DNA of 54,738 nucleotides from Patescibacteria group bacterium (GTDB lineage Bacteria; Patescibacteriota; Patescibacteriia; UBA1558; UBA10009). Under the pieces are notes generated by a model that saw only the letters and a list, made by a program, of their open reading frames with translations, did not search any database and was not told the origin of the DNA. Location of the stretch: positions 1 through 54,738 of the forward strand of contig JAHITV010000004.1 of the NCBI GenBank assembly GCA_018817315.1, in the 5' to 3' direction. Numbering within the stretch: position 1 is the stretch's first letter; each line of letters opens with the position of its first letter. This document shows, one piece after another, positions 47,555-54,738 of the stretch. The translations under genes and the position numbers were made by a program.

Positions 47555-47648
47555 TTCCTATCAATTTCTTTGACAACTAAATATATATTCAATAGACCTT
47601 TTAGGTCATCAACAGTCCTTTTAGGACAAAAACTCATGGAGGATTATC

Positions 47649-49217
47649 ATGAGCCAACTTTTAGAACGTTGGAACGGAAAGGTGATTACGGTGGAGGAGA
47701 TTGTAGTGCATTATTCGCCAGATTTGGATGTTTTACTGGCAATAGCATTAATAATCTTGTTTGGTAAAAAGGTTTTTAGAGGATTTGATGGAAAACTGCC
47801 AAAGGTTACTTTTGTAGGAGCAGGTAATTCAGTTGAAGCAAAACCGAACGTCCTGGTTCTGGATACCGGCGGTGTGTTTGATCCGGAGAAATTACTTTTG
47901 GATCATCATGGAATATCCGGATCTGTCTGCACTCTTGATATCATTGCCAAGATGATTGGCATGGAGAATCATCCTAAGCTGCAATTGTTACTGAAAGTCA
48001 TTCGGGAACACGATCTAAGCGGGAAAGATGTTTATCCTGTCTCTGTGCAAGATCATGCTGTCAATGCCATTCTTTCTATTAAGACTGTAGTGGATGGCTT
48101 TTTCTCGCGAGGAGCTCGCCGAGGAGAACTGAATGGAGCAACTGATTCCCAGGATATGTTTTGGTTACTGGTTAGACTGATGATGGCTGTGATTAAAGCC
48201 GTTATGAATTTTGACCAGTTTAAGGCAGACGGAGAATGGCGAAAAGAGTTGGAAAGAACTTATGCTGTGTTTCTTTGGAAACGTCATATTGGCTCAATGA
48301 AAAATTTTCCAGCTACTTTACCATTTCTGCGAATTATTGAAGTCATGGATAAAGAGCTAAGAAGAAAGACTTCTGGTGATTTAACTTTAGCAGGAGAAAC
48401 ACGGGACAGTAAAATTTTCCGGCTTCTAACTGGTCAGGTGCCATTGTTTCAGCAAAATGGTCAATGGCAAGCCGAGGCAGCGTTATTCTCTGTTTGCGGC
48501 ATTGCCTTTGGGATGCAGTTTACTGGTCTGGATTTCAATCAACGTCTGAGTACTCTTGGTGAATGTCTTGCTCAACTGGATTCAATGGATTTTGATTGGA
48601 TTGAGGCTTGCAGTCATTTTGCTGATTTAAACAGTTCCCTGTTATTCGGTGTTGTTAACAACGGAAGAAGATTTTTAACCCGTGTAGCTGCTATTCGATC
48701 CAATTGCATATCAGCTAGTCGAGCAGTTCGGTACAGCAGTAATCAGCTGAATTTGAGAGCAGGGATTGTAGTATGCTTTAGGACTTATGGTCAGATTCAG
48801 ATCTCTGTCCTTAAGAACAAGCTGCTCCAAGAACTTCTTTACAAAATCGGTCTGACCCTCCGGATAGCTGAATGTATAGTTCAATTTCGTTCATATTCTT
48901 TGGCTGATATTAAGGATGTGGGAATGAACTGGTTGGTGCCGCAATGGTTTATTGCAGGTTACGAGGATTTCTTAACACAAGCATCATTAGTGTCCAATGG
49001 CACTTTAAAAAACCAAGATGCTCCACCAACCAAATTGACCATGGCTACAATTCTGATGCTTATTCAGAATGTGGCATTTTTTGGAGAAGTTCCAAGTCAC
49101 GGAGTCATCCAAGCGATTGTCAGGGATGGTCAAGAGCAAAATGGTTGGCCGGAAAGTTCTAAACATCCTCAAAGATTTTCTGACCTAAGAAAAAAACATG
49201 GAGGAGATAATAAATAA
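47649..49217 (+). CDS. MYG1/DHH-phosphoesterase-like protein (putative nuclease)
   Basis: IVVHYSPDLD, VLDTGGVFDP..LDHHG; SD GGAGGA; composition visibly more GC-rich than neighbours. Confidence 0.65.
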   Translation: MSQLLERWNGKVITVEEIVVHYSPDLDVLLAIALIILFGKKVFRGFDGKLPKVTFVGAGNSVEAKPNVLVLDTGGVFDPEKLLLDHHGISGSVCTLDIIAKMIGMENHPKLQLLLKVIREHDLSGKDVYPVSVQDHAVNAILSIKTVVDGFFSRGARRGELNGATDSQDMFWLLVRLMMAVIKAVMNFDQFKADGEWRKELERTYAVFLWKRHIGSMKNFPATLPFLRIIEVMDKELRRKTSGDLTLAGETRDSKIFRLLTGQVPLFQQNGQWQAEAALFSVCGIAFGMQFTGLDFNQRLSTLGECLAQLDSMDFDWIEACSHFADLNSSLLFGVVNNGRRFLTRVAAIRSNCISASRAVRYSSNQLNLRAGIVVCFRTYGQIQISVLKNKLLQELLYKIGLTLRIAECIVQFRSYSLADIKDVGMNWLVPQWFIAGYEDFLTQASLVSNGTLKNQDAPPTKLTMATILMLIQNVAFFGEVPSHGVIQAIVRDGQEQNGWPESSKHPQRFSDLRKKHGGDNK

Positions 49218-49268
49218 TCTCTTGGTCATTAAATCAACTGGCTTGACCAGCCATTTATCATAGATTTT

Positions 49269-49311
49269 GCCCCATTTCGCGAGACATCGCTTGAGATGGG
49301 GTTTTGTTTTT
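49269..49311 (+). terminator. Intrinsic terminator after 47649-49217
   Basis: GCCCCATTTC..GAGATGGGGT followed by TTTGTTTTT. Confidence 0.7.
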
Positions 49312-49321
49312 GTCCAAACGC

Positions 49322-49350
49322 TTGACTCTTGTAAGAAATCGCTGTATAAT
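49322..49350 (+). promoter_or_regulatory. Sigma70-type promoter for uvrA
   Basis: TTGACT-17-TATAAT. Confidence 0.8.
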
Positions 49351-49368
49351 AGCAGTCAGTTTTTAAAT

Positions 49369-52224
49369 ATGTTTTCTGATAAAATTACAATTCGCGGGGC
49401 TAAAGTTCATAATCTTAAAAATATTGATGTTGATATTCCGCGTGAAAAACTTACGGTCATTACTGGTATTTCAGGTTCTGGTAAGTCATCTCTGGCTTTT
49501 GACACTATTTATGCAGAAGGCCAGCGCCGTTATGTAGAATCATTGTCTGCTTATGCCAGACAATTTTTGGGTTTAATGGATAAACCTGATGTAGATCAGA
49601 TTGACGGGCTTTCCCCGGCTATTTCTATTGATCAACGTTCAACTTCGCATAATCCCCGTTCAACAGTAGGAACTATCACAGAGATTTATGATTATCTGCG
49701 GCTTTTATTTGCCCGTATTGGTCACCCGCATTGTCCTAATTGCGGTGAGGAAATTTCCAGTCAAACAGTTAATCAGATCGTAGAAAAGGTTTTAAAATTG
49801 CCAAAGGCAACTAAAATCATGTTGCTGGCTCCGGTAGTCAAAGATCAAAAAGGAGAACACCGGCATCTTATTAATGAAGTGGAAAAAGCAGGCTATGTCC
49901 GGATGAGAATTGACGGACAGATAGTTAGTATAGAAGAAGCCAGCGATTTAGTTTTAGATAAACAGAAAAAGCATAAAATAGAAGTGGTAGTTGATCGTTT
50001 AGAAGTCAATAAAGAAGACAAAAAAAGATTAACTGATTCTTTGGAAATAACATTGGATTTAGGTGATGGTTTAGTCATTATTCATTTACCAGAAGAAAAG
50101 GAAGATCTATTGTTTAGTGAATATTTTTCCTGTCCTAAATGTGATATTAATTTTCCTAAAATTGAACCGCGCAACTTTTCTTTTAACAGTCCTCATGGCG
50201 CTTGCTCTAAATGTACGGGTTTAGGAACAAAACTGGAAGTTGATTCGCAACTGGTTATGCCCAATAAAAATTTAACTTTGGCTCAAGGAGCTATTCGCCC
50301 TTGGTCCAGGACCGCTACTAACCAAACATGGTATTTTAGAATGCTGGAAAATGTGGCTAAAGCTCATAAATTTTCTGTTAATGTACCGGTTGGTAAATTA
50401 AGTAAAAAACAAGTGGAGATTGTTTTGTATGGTACTGGAGATAAACGTTATAACATGAATTATCAAAACGAACGTTTTTCCGGCGATTTTACTTCCACTT
50501 ATGAAGGCGTGATTCCTAATTTAGAAAGAAGATATCGGGAAACTGAATCTGATTATACCCGTTCAGAAATTGAACGATATATGAGGGTTTATCCTTGTCC
50601 CAAATGCGGAGGTAAAAGACTAAGACCAGAGGTTTTAGGGGTCACTGTAGGGGAGAGGAACATTCACGAGGTTTCCTCCATGACAGTAGAAGAAGCCATA
50701 AAGTTTTTTGCCCAATTAGGCAATAACAAACAATCAAAAATATTTAAGCTGTCTAGCAGAGAAGAAAAAATTGCTCATCAAATTTTAAAAGAGACTAAAG
50801 CTCGTTTGAATTTTTTAGAGAACGTGGGGCTTTCCTACTTAACTTTAGACAGGGCCGCCAGCACTTTATCCGGCGGCGAAGCGCAAAGAATCAGACTAGC
50901 TACGCAAATCGGCTCTTCTTTGGTGGGAGTAATTTATATTCTAGATGAACCTTCTATTGGTTTACATCAAAAAGACAATGATAAGTTAATCAGCACCCTA
51001 AAAGCTTTAAGAGATTTGGGTAATTCTGTGATAGTGGTGGAACATGATGAAAACACTATCCTGGCAGCTGATCATATTGTTGATATCGGGCCAGGTGCAG
51101 GAGAAGCCGGCGGAAAAATTATAGCTCATGGTGCTCCTAGCGAAATAGTTAAAAATAAGGATTCTTTAACCGGTCTTTATCTTTCAGGAAAATTAAAAAT
51201 TAATCCTCCTAAAAAATATCGGTCAGGCAACGGAAAACATTTAAAGATTGTGGCGGCTGAAGAATTTAATTTAAAAAAGATAGATGTTAATTTGCCTTTG
51301 GGTAAATTGGTTTGCATTACCGGCGTTTCGGGTTCTGGTAAGTCAACCTTAATGACAGAAATACTGGCCAAAGCTTTAAGTCAGTATTTTTATCGGACTA
51401 AAGATTTACCGGGCAAACACAAAGAAATTAAAGGCATGGAGCATTTAGATAAGGTTATTAATATTGATCAATCGCCTATTGGCAGAACACCTCGTTCCAA
51501 CCCCGCTACCTATACTGGCGTTTTCACTTACATTCGTGATTTATTTACGCAATTACCAGAATCAAAAATCAGGGGCTACAGAGCAGGGCGTTTTAGCTTT
51601 AATGTTAAAGGAGGCCGTTGTGAGGCTTGCCAGGGCGATGGCATGGTAAGAATTGAAATGAATTTTCTACCTGATGTTTATGTGGAATGTGAAGAATGTC
51701 ATGGTAAACGTTATAATCCTGCCACTTTGGAAGCCCATTATAAAGGAAAAAATATTGCTGATATTTTGGAAATGACAGTAGAAGAAGCCAGTAAATTTTT
51801 TACTAACATTCCCAATATTCATCAAAAATTAGAAACCTTAAAAGAAGTAGGTTTGGGCTATATTCATTTAGGTCAGTCAGCCACAACTTTATCTGGCGGA
51901 GAAGCGCAGCGGATTAAGCTGGCTACAGAATTATCCAGACGTTCTACCGGCAAAACTTTGTATATTTTAGATGAACCAACAACTGGTTTGCATTTTGACG
52001 ACATTAAACGTTTGTTGCAGGTTTTGAATAAATTAGTGGATAAAGGTAATACGGTGCTGATTATTGAACATCAGTTGGATGTGATTAAATCTGCTGACTG
52101 GATTATTGATCTTGGTCCTGAAGGCGGAGAAAAAGGCGGTTATATTGTGGCTGAAGGCACGCCTAAGGAAATAACTAAGATTAAAGCCAGCTACACCGGA
52201 CAATATTTAAAAAAAGTTGTTTAG
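49369..52224 (+). CDS. uvrA: Excinuclease ABC subunit A
   Basis: [23 protein letters not shown], two LSGGEAQRI, zinc fingers. Start moved to ATG 49369 (MFSDKI) because the longer call spans a terminator and promoter. Confidence 0.98.
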   Translation: MFSDKITIRGAKVHNLKNIDVDIPREKLTVITGISGSGKSSLAFDTIYAEGQRRYVESLSAYARQFLGLMDKPDVDQIDGLSPAISIDQRSTSHNPRSTVGTITEIYDYLRLLFARIGHPHCPNCGEEISSQTVNQIVEKVLKLPKATKIMLLAPVVKDQKGEHRHLINEVEKAGYVRMRIDGQIVSIEEASDLVLDKQKKHKIEVVVDRLEVNKEDKKRLTDSLEITLDLGDGLVIIHLPEEKEDLLFSEYFSCPKCDINFPKIEPRNFSFNSPHGACSKCTGLGTKLEVDSQLVMPNKNLTLAQGAIRPWSRTATNQTWYFRMLENVAKAHKFSVNVPVGKLSKKQVEIVLYGTGDKRYNMNYQNERFSGDFTSTYEGVIPNLERRYRETESDYTRSEIERYMRVYPCPKCGGKRLRPEVLGVTVGERNIHEVSSMTVEEAIKFFAQLGNNKQSKIFKLSSREEKIAHQILKETKARLNFLENVGLSYLTLDRAASTLSGGEAQRIRLATQIGSSLVGVIYILDEPSIGLHQKDNDKLISTLKALRDLGNSVIVVEHDENTILAADHIVDIGPGAGEAGGKIIAHGAPSEIVKNKDSLTGLYLSGKLKINPPKKYRSGNGKHLKIVAAEEFNLKKIDVNLPLGKLVCITGVSGSGKSTLMTEILAKALSQYFYRTKDLPGKHKEIKGMEHLDKVINIDQSPIGRTPRSNPATYTGVFTYIRDLFTQLPESKIRGYRAGRFSFNVKGGRCEACQGDGMVRIEMNFLPDVYVECEECHGKRYNPATLEAHYKGKNIADILEMTVEEASKFFTNIPNIHQKLETLKEVGLGYIHLGQSATTLSGGEAQRIKLATELSRRSTGKTLYILDEPTTGLHFDDIKRLLQVLNKLVDKGNTVLIIEHQLDVIKSADWIIDLGPEGGEKGGYIVAEGTPKEITKIKASYTGQYLKKVV

Positions 52225-52254
52225 ATTTTTAAAGATACATAAAATAAACAAGTA

Positions 52255-52277
52255 GCAGCCAAGTCAGACTTGGCTGC
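52255..52277. repeat. REP-like palindrome family B, copy 2 (may also act as uvrA terminator)
   Basis: GCAGCCAAGTC-a-GACTTGGCTGC followed by GTTTTTT. Confidence 0.75.
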
Positions 52278-52338
52278 GTTTTTTACAGCAAAAATAACAA
52301 CTTTAGCCAATTACTAAGCTTTTTGTTAAAATAAGATT

Positions 52339-53256
52339 ATGGATAATTTAGCCAAAGCAGTTTTAGAAACAGTGGTTTATTTTGATATTTTTGATTTTCC
52401 CCTTACTGTTTTAGAGTTATTTAAATGGCTGAAAGTCAAAAATCAGCCAAAGAATTTTGAAGTATCCGAACTACAAAAAGTTTTACAACAATTAACAGCT
52501 AAAATTGAAACCAAAGACGGTTTTTATTTTTTAAAGGGCAGAGAAGAAATAATTTTAACCAGACTTTCCCGCTATAATATTAGTGAACAAAAATTCAAAA
52601 GAGCGCGTAAATATATTAAACTTTTAAGGTTTATTCCTTTTATTAAGGGCGTGATGATCTGCAACCGTTTAGGTTATAATAATGTCCACCAAGATAGCGA
52701 CATTGATTTGGCAGTAATTGTTAAAAAAAATCGTTTGTGGCTGGCTCGTTTTTTGTCCGTAGGTTTATTAAATATCCTAAAAGTCAGACCTAAACAGATT
52801 AAAAGAGCTTTGGCTATTGATCTGAATTTTTTTATCAGTGAAGAAAAACTAAACGTTGAATCATTAATCTTTGATGAGGATTTTGTTTTTCCTTATTGGC
52901 TCAGTCAGTTTATCGGAGTTTATAATCAGAAAACCTTTAATAATTTTGGGCAGGAAAATCAATGGCTAAGTAATTATTTGCCGAATTATCAATTATATAG
53001 TCTAAATAAAAGAAGGCAGGTAAAGAATAATTGGCTGGTTGCTTTAGTTAGGTTTAAACTTAAGTTGTTTTTTAACTGGGATTTTTGGGAGAAGTGGGCG
53101 CAAAAGTTTCAACAGAAAATTATGCCACCAGAACTTAAAGCAATGATCAATCAGGATAGCAGGGTGATAATCAATAAATACATCTTAAAATTTCATCAGA
53201 GCGATAATTGGAAAAAATTAAAAGTTGAATTAAATAAACGTTTTGCTTCTTTTTGA
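52339..53256 (+). CDS. Nucleotidyltransferase-like (Pol-beta fold) hypothetical protein
   Basis: YFDIFDFPLT, ICNRLGYNN..DSDIDL (DxD), LWLAR. Confidence 0.65.
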   Translation: MDNLAKAVLETVVYFDIFDFPLTVLELFKWLKVKNQPKNFEVSELQKVLQQLTAKIETKDGFYFLKGREEIILTRLSRYNISEQKFKRARKYIKLLRFIPFIKGVMICNRLGYNNVHQDSDIDLAVIVKKNRLWLARFLSVGLLNILKVRPKQIKRALAIDLNFFISEEKLNVESLIFDEDFVFPYWLSQFIGVYNQKTFNNFGQENQWLSNYLPNYQLYSLNKRRQVKNNWLVALVRFKLKLFFNWDFWEKWAQKFQQKIMPPELKAMINQDSRVIINKYILKFHQSDNWKKLKVELNKRFASF

Positions 53257-53260
53257 TTTT

Positions 53261-54556
53261 ATGAAAATACTGGATAAATTAATTTGTTATGGCCTTTATC
53301 TTTTTGTTTTTCTTTTGCCTTGGCAGACTCGTTGGATTTTTAAGGAAGCCAGTTTAAATAGTGTAGAATGGGAATATGGCCGCTTAAGTTTATATGGCAG
53401 TGAAATATTGTTAATTATTTTATTGATTTTAGCCGTAGTAAAATGGCTTCTTTATTATCAAAAGCTTAACCAGCAACAAAGAGCTAAAGAAATTAAAAGC
53501 GAATTTTCTGGCCTTAAGCTTTGGCTTATTTTATTGGCTTTATGGTCAGCTATAACTATTATCTGGTCTAAAGATTCTTTGTTGTCTTGGTATGGCTGGC
53601 TAAAATTAATGGAAGGTATTGCTTTGTTTTGGCTGATTAGTTCTAGGATTTTTTTAATAAATAAGAAAATTATAGGATTTTCTTTGATATTTTCTGCTGT
53701 TATTCAGTCATTAATCGGCATTGGACAATGGATATTGCAATATTCTTTGTCCAGTAAATGGCTGGGCATGTCTTATTTAAATCCAGCAGCATTGGGTATA
53801 AGCGTCATTGAAACTGCCAGCGGCCGGTTTTTAAGAGCTTATGGTTCTTTTCCTCATCCTAATATGTTGGCTGGGTTTTTAGTGATTAGTATCTTAATTG
53901 CCTTTATTTTAATTAATAGAGAAAAATCTTCTACAAAAACAAAATGGTTTTATTTTGCTTTGATAGTAATGTCTGGGGGTTTGTTTTTAACTTTTTCCAG
54001 AGCTGGTTGGCTGGCACTGTTTATTAGTTTAGCGGTTTACTTATTATTTTATTATTCTAAAAAAATAAACAGACAGAAATTAATCCAGCCAGCATTTTTA
54101 ATAATTCTTATCTTTATTTTTTTGTCTTTAGCTAACTTTGATTTAATTAAAAGCCGTCTACAAGGGCAGGAACGTTTAGAAGTTAGATCAAACATAGAAA
54201 GACTAAATTCTTATAAACAAGCACTGCCCATAATTAAAGAATATTGGTATAAAGGCGTTGGTTTAGGTCATTACACTTTAGCTTTACATCAAAAAAATCC
54301 TGTTTTAGAATCTTGGGATTATCAACCAGTACATGATGCTGCTTTATTAAGTTTGGCAGAACTGGGAATCATTGGTCTTTTGCTATTTATTTTAATAATA
54401 ATTTCTGCTTTTAGATACAGGAGTAAATATACAATATTACTTTTGGTAATTTTAATATTAGGTTGTTTTGATCATTATTTTAGAAGTTTTTATGTTGGCA
54501 TAATATTATGGTGGCTGATAATTAGCTTAAATTCAAAAGTTAGTGGTAATCTCTAG
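53261..54556 (+). CDS. O-antigen ligase / oligosaccharyltransferase-family membrane protein
   Basis: RAYGSFPHPNMLAG, TFSRAGW, GVGLG, PVHD..LAELGIIG, FDHY; ATG start at 53261. Confidence 0.9.
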   Translation: MKILDKLICYGLYLFVFLLPWQTRWIFKEASLNSVEWEYGRLSLYGSEILLIILLILAVVKWLLYYQKLNQQQRAKEIKSEFSGLKLWLILLALWSAITIIWSKDSLLSWYGWLKLMEGIALFWLISSRIFLINKKIIGFSLIFSAVIQSLIGIGQWILQYSLSSKWLGMSYLNPAALGISVIETASGRFLRAYGSFPHPNMLAGFLVISILIAFILINREKSSTKTKWFYFALIVMSGGLFLTFSRAGWLALFISLAVYLLFYYSKKINRQKLIQPAFLIILIFIFLSLANFDLIKSRLQGQERLEVRSNIERLNSYKQALPIIKEYWYKGVGLGHYTLALHQKNPVLESWDYQPVHDAALLSLAELGIIGLLLFILIIISAFRYRSKYTILLLVILILGCFDHYFRSFYVGIILWWLIISLNSKVSGNL

Positions 54557-54576
54557 AATTTTTTCTTTGAAAAGAT

Positions 54577-54605
54577 TGTCAAGTTTCGACAAGCTCAACT
54601 TGACA
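54577..54605. repeat. Hairpin with TTCGACAAGCTCA core, adjoining the IS left end
   Basis: TGTCAAGTT-tcgacaagctc-AACTTGACA. Confidence 0.7.
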
Positions 54606-54738
54606 CCGCGTCGCGGCAAGCCCCAATGCTTGGCATTGGGGAAGGATAGCGACCCGTAATCTTTCGCAAAAGCTCTCGTATGATATTATCTAGGCATGAC
54701 AGCCATTATTCACTCCAGCCATGCCAGATACGATCTCT
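54605..54738 (+). mobile_element. Left end of an IS200/IS605-family element
   Basis: TGAC at 54601-54604, CAAG at 54617-54620, hairpin CCCCAATGC-TTG-GCATTGGGG at 54621-54641, then the tnpA start. Confidence 0.85.
54696..54738 (+). CDS. tnpA: IS200/IS605 transposase TnpA, N-terminal fragment (truncated by window end)
   Basis: MTAIIHSSHARYDL.. fits the H..Y.L.YH start of Y1 transposases and follows the IS end hairpin. Confidence 0.75.
   Translation, partial: MTAIIHSSHARYDL

Noticed and set aside
49267-49368. N-terminal extension of UvrA in the ORF track
   Set aside because: It spans a terminator and a consensus promoter; ATG 49369 gives the canonical start.
289-51649. Many short antisense or alternative-frame ORFs (e.g. 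289-546, 2839-3063, 6638-6907, 20342-20623, 36048-36362, 47519-47767)
   Set aside because: They overlap well-supported genes and show no motifs or expression signals.
1-54738. Circular element or composite transposon, because the two ends fall in complementary parts of tnpA
   Set aside because: The interior holds essential chromosomal genes and no replication or transfer genes. A contig broken at two IS copies is simpler.
1-54738. Alternative genetic code (UGA recoded), DGR, prophage, rRNA
   Set aside because: Conserved genes are full length under code 11 and some end in TGA. No reverse transcriptase, template/variable repeat pair, phage structural genes or rRNA-like sequence was seen.

Overview
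AT-rich, gene-dense bacterial chromosome segment using the standard code (TGA is a stop). Gene content (PilB, NIF3, PsbP-like, translin, Elp3, many SD-less starts) suggests a Patescibacteria/CPR genome; this is an inference. It carries housekeeping genes (serS, ftsH, rpsA, gyrA, ruvB, queH, queA, ychF, pcrA/uvrD, glyA, manB, murI, trpS, rnj, secG, uvrC, uvrA) and one tRNA-Leu(CAG). Both window ends lie inside same-orientation copies of an IS200/IS605-type tnpA element with recognisable end hairpins. Most notable: (1) a head-to-head elp3 + Trm9/ALKBH8-like methyltransferase pair, a candidate eukaryote/archaea-style mcm5U34 pathway; (2) a translin/TRAX homologue with intact acidic motifs near a UvrD helicase, a stand-alone IS1-type Zn-ribbon/HTH gene and a DEDD exonuclease-WYL fusion; (3) several families of small palindromic repeats, two inserted in-frame in proteins (uvrC and a phosphotransferase); (4) an array of three paralogous small membrane-protein genes, each with its own terminator; (5) a MYG1/DHH-like orphan between uvrC and uvrA. 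No CRISPR array, rRNA, prophage or DGR was seen. All product calls come from motif recognition by eye, not database searches.
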